Source of the DNA: a candidate division WOR-3 bacterium | GTDB lineage: Bacteria; Hydrothermota; Tepidihabitantia; Tepidihabitantales; Tepidihabitantaceae | NCBI GenBank assembly: GCA_965648935.1 | Contig: CBFGIY010000060.1 | Coordinates: forward strand, 1 to 14,746 | Length of the DNA stretch: 14,746 nucleotides | Direction of reading: 5' to 3' | Part shown: positions 7,338 to 14,746 of the stretch, one piece after another | Layout of the letters: the number at the start of each line of letters is the position of its first letter | Numbering within the stretch: position 1 is the first letter of the stretch | The notes under the pieces: model-generated | Database searches by the model: none | Told to the model about the DNA's origin: nothing | Seen by the model: the letters and a program-made list of their open reading frames with translations, nothing else | Made by a program: the position numbers and the translations under genes

Positions 7338-10300
7338 GTGATGTTGAGGTCAGCGGTTTCCGCGCTTGTCCTGCTCTGCTCTGCCGCTTCGCTGGCGGCC
7401 GTCCCCCTGCCCGCCAACTGCTTTGGTACTGCCGGTTCCGAGGTCGCCCGCGCGATCGTCGCAGCGCCGAACGGCGGCTGGTATCTCGCCGGCCACTCGT
7501 CGGCGGTCGGCGGCGCCGACACCAATCTGCTTGTCATCCGGGTCGACTCGCTCGGTATCCCGCTGTGGGCGCGCACCAACGCTGCGGTGTCATCCTTTTC
7601 CGGTTCCGACGTCATCACCTCGGCTGCGGCCGACATTGACGGGGGCGCCGTGTTCACGGGCCGCACTTCCTCGTTCGGCGCGTTCCGGCCGCCCCTCTAT
7701 GTTCAGAACAGCGACGTCTTCCTGTTCAAGCTCGACCCGGCCGGCAACCTCGTCTGGGCCCGCACCTACGGCACCTCCGGCAATGACCGCGCCTGGTCGG
7801 TCTGCCGGACCGTGCTCGACCCCGGGTTCATCATCGCCGGTTCGACGGACTCGGGCTCGACCCGCTGGATAACCGTCATCAAGACCGATCCGTTCGGTGT
7901 CCGGCAGTGGCAGCGCCGGTACCGTTTCCGTCCGTACCTGCAGGAAGGCCTGAGCATTGTCGAGACCGGCGACCCGTCTTACCGCTATGCCCTGTGCGGC
8001 CGGGCGAACATAGGCAGCCCGAACGACTACGACGCTTTTCTCACTACGCTTGACGCACTCGGCCTGCCGGCCTGGCCCTACGGCGTGCTGACCGTCGAGG
8101 GCAGCGGCAACGACGAGGCGTGGTCGGTCGCGGCGATGCCCGGCTTCATCACCGTGGCCGGCTGGTCCGACTCCTACGGCTCAGGCGGCGGGCCGGACGC
8201 CGACATCCTGGTGTTCCACTCGAATATGGGCGGCACGATGCTCAACCCCCGCGTCATCGGCTGGTCCGGGTTCGAAGAGAAGGTCATGGGCGACCGCGCA
8301 CTCGCGCGCGATTCGCTCGGCACAGCAACAGCGCTGGCCGGCTGGACCTATGCCAAAGGCCCGGGTGCTCCGGTGTACCCGAACATGCTGATGATGAAGA
8401 TCGACGGCGGTTCCAATGCCATTTCCTGGTCCCGACTCCACCCATCGGTTCCCGGCGAGCTGGGCGAGCAGGCGTTCGCCGTCGCGCGCGCGCGACAGAG
8501 CTACGCAATCGCCGGCTACACCGCAAGCCACTGGTCGTTCGGCGCGGAGGACTTTCACCTCGTCACGCTCGACTCTCTCGGCAACCGGCCGTTCTGCACG
8601 CTCGATTCGACCCCGTTCGTCCGATCGATACCGCCCGCGGCCGACACGCTTGTCGAACTGCCCCTGGTGCTTGATGACAGCCTGCTCGGGCTCATGCCGA
8701 CGGACATCGGCTTCCGTGCCATCTGCACGCTCGCGGCCGCGGTTGCCGACGTCGGAGTCAACGCCATCATTGCCCCGCTCGGCACCATTGACTCAGGCAC
8801 TACGGTGGTGCCGGCCTGCTCGGTGGACAACTTCGGGCCGGTCGCGGCTAGCTACTCGGTCCGCTGCCGCATCGGCGGATTCTACGACCAGGTCGCGGCG
8901 GTCACCGGCCACGCCGCCGGCACGCGCATCGGCGTCACCTTCACGCCGTGGACCGCGACTCAGGTCGGCGGGCCCCACATCGTTTCCTGCTCGACCGAGC
9001 TTGCCGGCGACCCCAACAGCGCAAACAACCGGCAGCTCGAACGGGTAGTCGTCCGCCAGCCGGGCGGCCGCGACGTCGGCTGTACCCATATAATCTCCCC
9101 TGTCGGCATCCACGACTCGGGCGCGACGGTCACCCCGGCCTGCTCGGTGCGCAATTACGGGGTCGAGACAGTCACGTACACGGTGCGGATGCGTATCGGC
9201 ACCGGCTACGACCAGACCGCGGCGGTCAATGCCCACGCGCCGGGTACTGCGCGGCTGGTGAGTTTTCCGGCGTGGGTCGCTCAACCGGTCGGCGTGTCGG
9301 CTGTCGCCTGCTCGACCGAACTCGACTCCGACAACACTCCGGCCAATGACCGGCTGGACGGCACCGTGCGAGTGCAGCGCCTCGGTCCGGACGTCGGGGT
9401 CACGCGCATCGCCGCGCCCTCGGGAATAGTCCCGCTCGGCGCCATCATCGTGCCGGTCTGCTCGACCTACAATTGGGGCAACACCACGGCGACTTACGGC
9501 CTGCGCCTGGTCAGCTCGACCGGCTATGACGCGACCGTCACGGTCACCGGCCACGCGCCCGGCACCGCGCTGCGCGTGCTGCTGCCGACCTGGGCCGCCG
9601 GCCCGGCCGGGTCGGTGGACTTCACGGCCTGGACAACCCTTGCCGGCGACCTGGCCCCGGCCAACGACACCGCCCGCGGCACCTGCGCTGTTGTGTCCAC
9701 GGGCGGCACCGGCTGGCAGGAGGTCGCGCCGATGCCCCTGCTCCCTTCCGGCAAGCCGGTCAAGGACGGCGCCTGGCTAGCGTTCAGCGCGGGCAACGGC
9801 CTGCTCTACGCCGCCAAGGGGAACAAGACCGGCGACTTCTATTACTACAGCCCGGTGTACAACACCTGGGTCACGCTGCCTTTCATCCCGGACGGCGTGG
9901 AGGGCAAGCCGGTGGGCAAGGGCGCGGCCGGCGCGGCCGACGGCAACAACTCTGTCTATTGCATCAAGGGCAACAACACCCTCGGTTTCTGGCGTTACGA
10001 TATCGCCGCCGGAACCTGGCACCAGCTCGCCGACGTGCCGCTCGGCCCGACAAACAAACGGGTCAAGGGCGGCGGCGACCTTGCGTGGGTCGGCGCCGGC
10101 GACGGCGCGCACGTCTACCTGCTCAAGGGTCTCAAGAACGAGTTCTGGCGCTACAGCATCGCGGCCGACACCTGGCTGCCCCTGCCCGCTGCGCCCGGCC
10201 GGATCAGCCCGAAGTGGGACCGGGGTTCGTTCATCGTGTTTGACGGCGCCGGAGCCATCTACGCCCACAAGGCCAAGTTCCACGAGCTGCACCGCTTCGA

Positions 10301-10952
10301 CATCGGCCGGTCCGAATGGGACACCCTGCCTCAGCTTGCCGGAATGCCTCTGCTCAGCCGCTCGGGGCAGTCCAAGCGGTCCAAGGACGGCGGCTCGGGC
10401 ACGTGGTACTCCGACGGCATCTTTGCGCTCAAGGGCGGCAACACCCAGGAGTTCTGGCGCTGGTTCGCCTCAGGCGACTCCTGGCGCGAGTATGACACCG
10501 TGCCCGCGGTCGGCACCACAGGCAAGAAGAAGCGTATCAAGGCCGGGGCCGATGTCACCGCGGTCGGCGGCGGCTTGTTCTACGCACTCAAGGGCAACAA
10601 GACCGTCGAGCTGTGGCGCTATCTCCTCGCGCAGCCGCCCGATGCCCGGCCTGCTGTCGAGTCCCGCGCCGGCGTGATGGCCGCGCCGGCCGCGCGGCCG
10701 GCCGGGTTCGCGGTCGGGCCCAGCCCGACGGTTGCCGGCTACGCCACGCTGCGCTACAGCCTGCCCTCATCCGGGCCGGCGAGCGTGCGCGTGTATGACG
10801 TGACCGGCCGAGGCGTGCTTACTCGCAGCCTCGTGGCCGGCCGGACCGGCACGGTCAGCCTCGACCTGAGAGAGCTCTCTGCCGGCGTGTACCTGGTCAA
10901 GCTGACGTCGGCCGACTTCACTGCTTCACAGAAGCTCGTGGTCGAGCGCTAG
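7338..10952 (+). CDS. Large secreted protein (1204 aa): signal peptide, ~7-bladed beta-propeller, 3 CARDB/Ig-like repeats, KGN Kelch-like propeller, T9SS type A-like sorting domain
   Basis: SD AGGAGG (7327-7332), GTG 7338 or ATG 7341. Signal peptide ends ASLA; repeats of type KLDPAGNLVWARTYG...ND.A.SV...G..IAG.T; tail VRVYDVTGRGV...LDLRELSAGVYLVKL...SQKLVVER. Confidence 0.92.
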   Translation: MMLRSAVSALVLLCSAASLAAVPLPANCFGTAGSEVARAIVAAPNGGWYLAGHSSAVGGADTNLLVIRVDSLGIPLWARTNAAVSSFSGSDVITSAAADIDGGAVFTGRTSSFGAFRPPLYVQNSDVFLFKLDPAGNLVWARTYGTSGNDRAWSVCRTVLDPGFIIAGSTDSGSTRWITVIKTDPFGVRQWQRRYRFRPYLQEGLSIVETGDPSYRYALCGRANIGSPNDYDAFLTTLDALGLPAWPYGVLTVEGSGNDEAWSVAAMPGFITVAGWSDSYGSGGGPDADILVFHSNMGGTMLNPRVIGWSGFEEKVMGDRALARDSLGTATALAGWTYAKGPGAPVYPNMLMMKIDGGSNAISWSRLHPSVPGELGEQAFAVARARQSYAIAGYTASHWSFGAEDFHLVTLDSLGNRPFCTLDSTPFVRSIPPAADTLVELPLVLDDSLLGLMPTDIGFRAICTLAAAVADVGVNAIIAPLGTIDSGTTVVPACSVDNFGPVAASYSVRCRIGGFYDQVAAVTGHAAGTRIGVTFTPWTATQVGGPHIVSCSTELAGDPNSANNRQLERVVVRQPGGRDVGCTHIISPVGIHDSGATVTPACSVRNYGVETVTYTVRMRIGTGYDQTAAVNAHAPGTARLVSFPAWVAQPVGVSAVACSTELDSDNTPANDRLDGTVRVQRLGPDVGVTRIAAPSGIVPLGAIIVPVCSTYNWGNTTATYGLRLVSSTGYDATVTVTGHAPGTALRVLLPTWAAGPAGSVDFTAWTTLAGDLAPANDTARGTCAVVSTGGTGWQEVAPMPLLPSGKPVKDGAWLAFSAGNGLLYAAKGNKTGDFYYYSPVYNTWVTLPFIPDGVEGKPVGKGAAGAADGNNSVYCIKGNNTLGFWRYDIAAGTWHQLADVPLGPTNKRVKGGGDLAWVGAGDGAHVYLLKGLKNEFWRYSIAADTWLPLPAAPGRISPKWDRGSFIVFDGAGAIYAHKAKFHELHRFDIGRSEWDTLPQLAGMPLLSRSGQSKRSKDGGSGTWYSDGIFALKGGNTQEFWRWFASGDSWREYDTVPAVGTTGKKKRIKAGADVTAVGGGLFYALKGNKTVELWRYLLAQPPDARPAVESRAGVMAAPAARPAGFAVGPSPTVAGYATLRYSLPSSGPASVRVYDVTGRGVLTRSLVAGRTGTVSLDLRELSAGVYLVKLTSADFTASQKLVVER
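8748..9696 (+). repeat. Three tandem CARDB/Ig-like repeats of ~106-108 aa
   Basis: Units start DVG at 8748, 9072 and 9390; consensus DVG...I..P.G....G....P.CS..N.G.....Y........YD....V..HA.GT......W......G.......T.L..D...AN. Confidence 0.88.
9711..10622 (+). repeat. Shared KGN beta-propeller module, copy 2
   Basis: GWQEVAPMPLLPSGKPVKDGAWLA...LKGNKTVELWRY; six blades. Confidence 0.9.
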
Positions 10953-10974
10953 GCACGGGTCTGCGACTGTTGCA

Positions 10975-11001
10975 CGAAGGGGCGGCCCTGCCGCCCCTTC
11001 G
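10975..11001 (+). terminator. GC-rich hairpin after the gene (no U-tract)
   Basis: CGAAGGGGCGGC-CCT-GCCGCCCCTTCG, 12-bp perfect stem. Confidence 0.65.
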
Positions 11002-11015
11002 GCTTGCCCGGCGAT

Positions 11016-11043
11016 TTGACAGCCGCCTCGCCGAAGTTACAAT
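11016..11043 (+). promoter_or_regulatory. sigma70-type promoter
   Basis: TTGACA (11016-11021), 16 nt, TACAAT (11038-11043). Confidence 0.8.
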
Positions 11044-11075
11044 CGCTCAGGCGACGGCATCACAACAGGTCGCGC

Positions 11076-11103
11076 GACGCGGACGGTTGATCCGCGTTTC
11101 TGT
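11076..11103 (+). terminator. Terminator-like hairpin inside the 5' leader
   Basis: ACGCGGA (11077-11083), 7-nt loop, TCCGCGT (11091-11097), then TTCTGT; the U-tract is imperfect. Confidence 0.4.
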
Positions 11104-11153
11104 CCGACTCCGCTGTCACGCTGTCCGCCGACACCGCCAATCAAGGAGGCAAA

Positions 11154-14100
11154 GTGCAGAGAAACGCTGTCACGCTGCTGTTGCTCGCATTGGCGGCCGG
11201 GGTTTCGTTCGCGCTCCCGGCTGAGGTCCAAGCTGAGCTTGAAGCGGCGGCCCGCCCGCCCGAACTTCAGAAGGCGGACTGGTTCATCCCGAATCCCGAA
11301 CCCGCTGTTTCGATCGACGGGTTCGACGCGCCGTTCCAGGTGACGACGAGCACATCGTCGCAGTACCCCGGTTACGGCTACCAGAACAACATCGCGACCG
11401 ACGCGGCGGGCAACGTCTACATCGCGTGGTACGACGCGCAGACAAGTCCCTACCAGATCGGCTTCCGCAAGTGGACCCGCGCCTCGAACACCTGGAGCGC
11501 CGAGGCGATAGTTTCGAGCGTGGCTTACTCTGCGTACCGGCCGGGCATCGCGGTGGACAATTCCAACAACATTCACCTGACGTGGTACTGCTCCACGACC
11601 GGTGGTTACGGCATCTGGTACAAGAAGTACTTCGCCGCCGCCGACTCCTGGGGCGCGGACACGCTGCTCTACCCGAGCGGCACCTACTACCAGTACTATC
11701 CCTCCATCGCCTGCCGGCCGGGCGGCAACAACGTCCACATCGCCTGGTACGGCTATGACGCATCGAGCACCTCCTACTACAACGTCCACCACATCGAGTA
11801 CGACCCCTCGACCGGCTGGGGCACGGTCACGACCGTCGACACCGGCTACAATTCCGCCAACTACGCAGCCGTCGCGGTCGATGCGGCCAACAACGTCTAC
11901 GTGACCTACACGCAGAGGATCGGCGCGGTTGCCGCCACCCAGGTCTGGATGCGCTGGCGCAACGCCGCCGGCGTCTGGCAGGACGTCGAACTGGTCAGCC
12001 CGGCGGCAATGGCCGACAAGTACCACTACTGGTGCGATGTCGACGCCACGCCGGCCGGCAACATCCACGTCGTATGGTACGGCTACAACATCGGCGGCAC
12101 CACGCCCTACCGCATCTACTACCGTTCGCGCATCGGCGGGGTCTGGGGCGCGATGGACACGGTAAGCAACCAGCCGGCCAACACGCAGTACTACCCGGCT
12201 GTCGCCGTTCGCGGCGACACGGTTCACGTTGCCTGGTCCGGTCTGGACCCGGCAAATCCAACCTACTACCAGCTCTGCTACCGCCGCAAGAGCGGCAACA
12301 CGTGGGGCGAAGTCGAGCGTCCGGCCGGTCATACGACGGTCTACAACTACTACCCCGGAATCGCCTGTGACAGCTACGGCAGCCAGCACATCACCTGGTA
12401 CGACACCCACTCGGGCAACGCCGACGCGTGGTACATTCGCCGGCTACCCGACTATGCCAACGACCTTGCTGCGGTCTCGATTGACAGCCTCTGGCCGTTC
12501 CAGCCGCGCAACGCCGCGGTACCGGTCTGGGCGACCGTGCGCAACGCCGGCACCCTGCCCCAGCCGCCCGGGGTTCGGGTAATCCTGGACATCACCGGCC
12601 CGGGCGCCTATGCCTACGCCGACACGTTCGTGACTACCGATACTTTGTCCCCGAACCAGCGCCTCGCGCTGCAGTTCTCTCCGGCCTGGGTCACGCCCGC
12701 GGTTCGCGGCGCGTACACCCTGCGAGTCCGCACCGACCTGCCGGGCGACCAGTTCCCGGCCAACGACAGCGTCGCGCGGACGCTCGATGTCTACCGCGGC
12801 CTCTACGAGACGTTCAGCGGAACCCTGTTCCCGCCCGACAAGTGGATTTCCCGCGCCTTTGACGGCCCCGACACCTGGACGCGTTACACCACTTACTACT
12901 ACACGGCGCCGGCCAGCGCCCGCTGCAACTACGACCTGCCCAACAACGACTGGCTCATCACCCGTCGGCTCGGGCCGGTCCTGGCCGACGACTCGATTGT
13001 CTTCTACTACCGCAGTGGCAGTGCGTCCTACACCGAAACCCTCAACGTGCGCGTTTCCACCGGGTTTCAGGCCGACACTGCCGGCTACGCGACCGTCGGG
13101 ACAGTTGTCACGAACTCGATAACCTGGCAGCGCTACGCCTTCGGGCTCGGCGCCTACGCCGACACCACCATCTACGTCGCCTTCCACTACCCCGCCTACA
13201 ACAAGTTCAGCGTGGCGATCGACGACGTGATGGGCCCGGCGGTCTACTACCCGCCTTACGACGTCGGCGTCGCCGCACTGCTCGGCATTCCGAGCGAGGG
13301 CCAGAACGGCGACACGATTCGCCCGGCGGCCTGGATACGCAACTACGGCACGCAGGCCGCGACCGCGTTCACGGCGCGCTTCACCATACGGCCGGCGGGT
13401 TACTCATTCGACACGCTCATTCCGCCGCTCGCGTCAGGGGAGTCGCTCATCGTCAACGCGCCTTACTGGGTCGCCTCGGGCGGGTCACAGACCGCGCAGT
13501 GCTCGCTGCTCGTGGCCGACAACGACCCGAGCAATGATTTCCTCCGTCAGACCCTGGGCATTCTCGACTGGCTCGAGAACTTCGACGCGGGCCCGGCCGG
13601 GTTCACCTCGTGGTACAACGTCGCCCCGGGCTGGGAACTCGGCAACCCGGCTGTCGGCGATACCGGTCCGTACACGGCACACTCGCTGCCCAATTGCTGG
13701 GGCACGGACATTGACAGCAATCACGCGCCCAGCGCGGACTGGCGCTTGCACTCCTGTGCGCTCGAGGCGCTGGTCGACAACCCGCGGGTGACGTTCTGGT
13801 TCTGGGACGACGGATTCTCGACGTGGGACGGCTTCAACTTCAAGTACTCGACCGACAGCGTCAACTTCTATCTCATTCAGGGCGCGGGCAACCACGAGCC
13901 CGGCTACGAGTCCTTCATGGGTACTGGCACCGTCGGTATCCCGAGCGAATCGGCCTACACCCGCAACCAGCGGCCGCGCAGCCTGCCCTGGCGCTACGGC
14001 TGGTTCCGCATCCCCGTGACCGCCGGCACGCGCTTCTGGGTGCGCTGGCACTTCGGTTCGACATCGGTGGTGCAGTACGCCGGCGCCTATGTCGACGATG

Positions 14101-14746
14101 TCGGCGGCATCGGCTGCCGGCCTGCGTCCGGCGCGCTGCGCGATGCCGGGGTCGCGGCAATCCTTGCGCCGTCGGGCACTGTCGACACCGGCACGGCCGT
14201 GGTTCCGCGCGCGACCTGGCGCAATTACCAGAACGGCAACACCGGTCCGTTCACTGCCTTCATCGCTTTGCACGACTCGACCGGCGCCCGGCGCTACCTG
14301 CAATCCAGTTCCATAAGCAACCTCACTTCAGGCGCCGAGACAACGCTGGTGTTCCTGCCCTACAATGTCGGAGCCGACGCCGGCACGTGGACCGTGCGCT
14401 GCTCGACCTACCTCGCCGGCGACGTCGGTCCGGCCAACGACACGCTCTCGTCACGCTTCACGGTCCGCGCCGGCACTGTGCCTCAGCCAGCCGGCTGGAC
14501 CGAGATAGCGCAAGTGCCGCTGACGCCGTCGGGCAAGGCGGTGAAGGACGGCGGTATGATCGCGTTTGACGCCGGCCGGGGCGTGCACTTCATCCTCAAG
14601 GGCAACAAGACCGGTGACTTCTACAGCTTTGACGGCACGGCCTGGACCGAGCTGGCGACGATGCCGCCGGGCACGGAAGCCAAGCTGCCCAACAAGGGCG
14701 CGAACATCTGCACGGACGGCAACGGCACGGTGTACGCGACCAAGGG
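11154..14746 (+). CDS. Large secreted adhesin-like protein, 3'-truncated (>1197 aa): signal peptide, Tyr-rich ~7-bladed propeller, CARDB, cleaved-adhesin/choice-of-anchor-J-like domain, CARDB, second jelly-roll domain, CARDB, KGN propeller
   Basis: Translated by eye: SD AAGGAGG (11143-11149), GTG 11154, MQRNAVTLLLLALAAGVSFA; blades such as IATDAAGNVYIAWYD and PGIAVDNSNNIHLTWY; YETFSG...NNDWLIT...IYVAFHY...AIDDV; GWELGNP...AHSLPNCWGT...RWHFGS...YVDDV; the frame stays open to ...TVYATK at the edge. Absent from the ORF track. Confidence 0.92.
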   Translation, partial: MQRNAVTLLLLALAAGVSFALPAEVQAELEAAARPPELQKADWFIPNPEPAVSIDGFDAPFQVTTSTSSQYPGYGYQNNIATDAAGNVYIAWYDAQTSPYQIGFRKWTRASNTWSAEAIVSSVAYSAYRPGIAVDNSNNIHLTWYCSTTGGYGIWYKKYFAAADSWGADTLLYPSGTYYQYYPSIACRPGGNNVHIAWYGYDASSTSYYNVHHIEYDPSTGWGTVTTVDTGYNSANYAAVAVDAANNVYVTYTQRIGAVAATQVWMRWRNAAGVWQDVELVSPAAMADKYHYWCDVDATPAGNIHVVWYGYNIGGTTPYRIYYRSRIGGVWGAMDTVSNQPANTQYYPAVAVRGDTVHVAWSGLDPANPTYYQLCYRRKSGNTWGEVERPAGHTTVYNYYPGIACDSYGSQHITWYDTHSGNADAWYIRRLPDYANDLAAVSIDSLWPFQPRNAAVPVWATVRNAGTLPQPPGVRVILDITGPGAYAYADTFVTTDTLSPNQRLALQFSPAWVTPAVRGAYTLRVRTDLPGDQFPANDSVARTLDVYRGLYETFSGTLFPPDKWISRAFDGPDTWTRYTTYYYTAPASARCNYDLPNNDWLITRRLGPVLADDSIVFYYRSGSASYTETLNVRVSTGFQADTAGYATVGTVVTNSITWQRYAFGLGAYADTTIYVAFHYPAYNKFSVAIDDVMGPAVYYPPYDVGVAALLGIPSEGQNGDTIRPAAWIRNYGTQAATAFTARFTIRPAGYSFDTLIPPLASGESLIVNAPYWVASGGSQTAQCSLLVADNDPSNDFLRQTLGILDWLENFDAGPAGFTSWYNVAPGWELGNPAVGDTGPYTAHSLPNCWGTDIDSNHAPSADWRLHSCALEALVDNPRVTFWFWDDGFSTWDGFNFKYSTDSVNFYLIQGAGNHEPGYESFMGTGTVGIPSESAYTRNQRPRSLPWRYGWFRIPVTAGTRFWVRWHFGSTSVVQYAGAYVDDVGGIGCRPASGALRDAGVAAILAPSGTVDTGTAVVPRATWRNYQNGNTGPFTAFIALHDSTGARRYLQSSSISNLTSGAETTLVFLPYNVGADAGTWTVRCSTYLAGDVGPANDTLSSRFTVRAGTVPQPAGWTEIAQVPLTPSGKAVKDGGMIAFDAGRGVHFILKGNKTGDFYSFDGTAWTELATMPPGTEAKLPNKGANICTDGNGTVYATK
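14493..14746 (+). repeat. Shared KGN beta-propeller module, copy 3 (partial)
   Basis: GWTEIAQVPLTPSGKAVKDGGMIAFD...LKGNKTGDFYSFD...DGNGTVYATK. Confidence 0.88.

Noticed and set aside
11100..11126. CTGTC repeats as a Pho box
   Set aside because: Spacing is 13 and 8 nt rather than the 11-nt period, and they lie downstream of the predicted transcription start.
850..14623. Recurring DNA AAGGGSAACAAGASCGGYGACTTCTA (850, 9816, 14598) as CRISPR or DGR repeats
   Set aside because: These encode the conserved KGNK[TS]GDFY peptide; there is no regular spacer array, no adenine-specific variation and no reverse transcriptase or cas gene.

Overview
GC-rich bacterial window with eight protein genes and one tRNA. 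Three secreted modular proteins (346..1971, 7338..10952, and 11154..>14746, which the ORF track misses because it has no stop in the window) carry CARDB/Ig-like domains and the same lysine-rich 'KG[NG]xT' Kelch-like beta-propeller. The two complete ones end in a T9SS/Por-type C-terminal sorting domain. Between them lie a membrane-fused spermidine-synthase-like protein with degenerate catalytic motifs, an orphan Wza/SLBB polysaccharide-export protein, rpiB, ilvE and an elongator tRNA-Met(CAT). A further gene starts at 25 on the minus strand and leaves the window. Six near-consensus sigma70 promoters are readable; two appear to give leaderless GTG-start mRNAs, and those upstream of the secreted-protein genes lead into structured leaders, two with terminator-like hairpins about 50 nt after the start. 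T9SS-type tails together with canonical promoters and Shine-Dalgarno sites suggest a non-Bacteroidota host such as candidate division WOR-3 (inference). All calls were made by eye; no searches were run.
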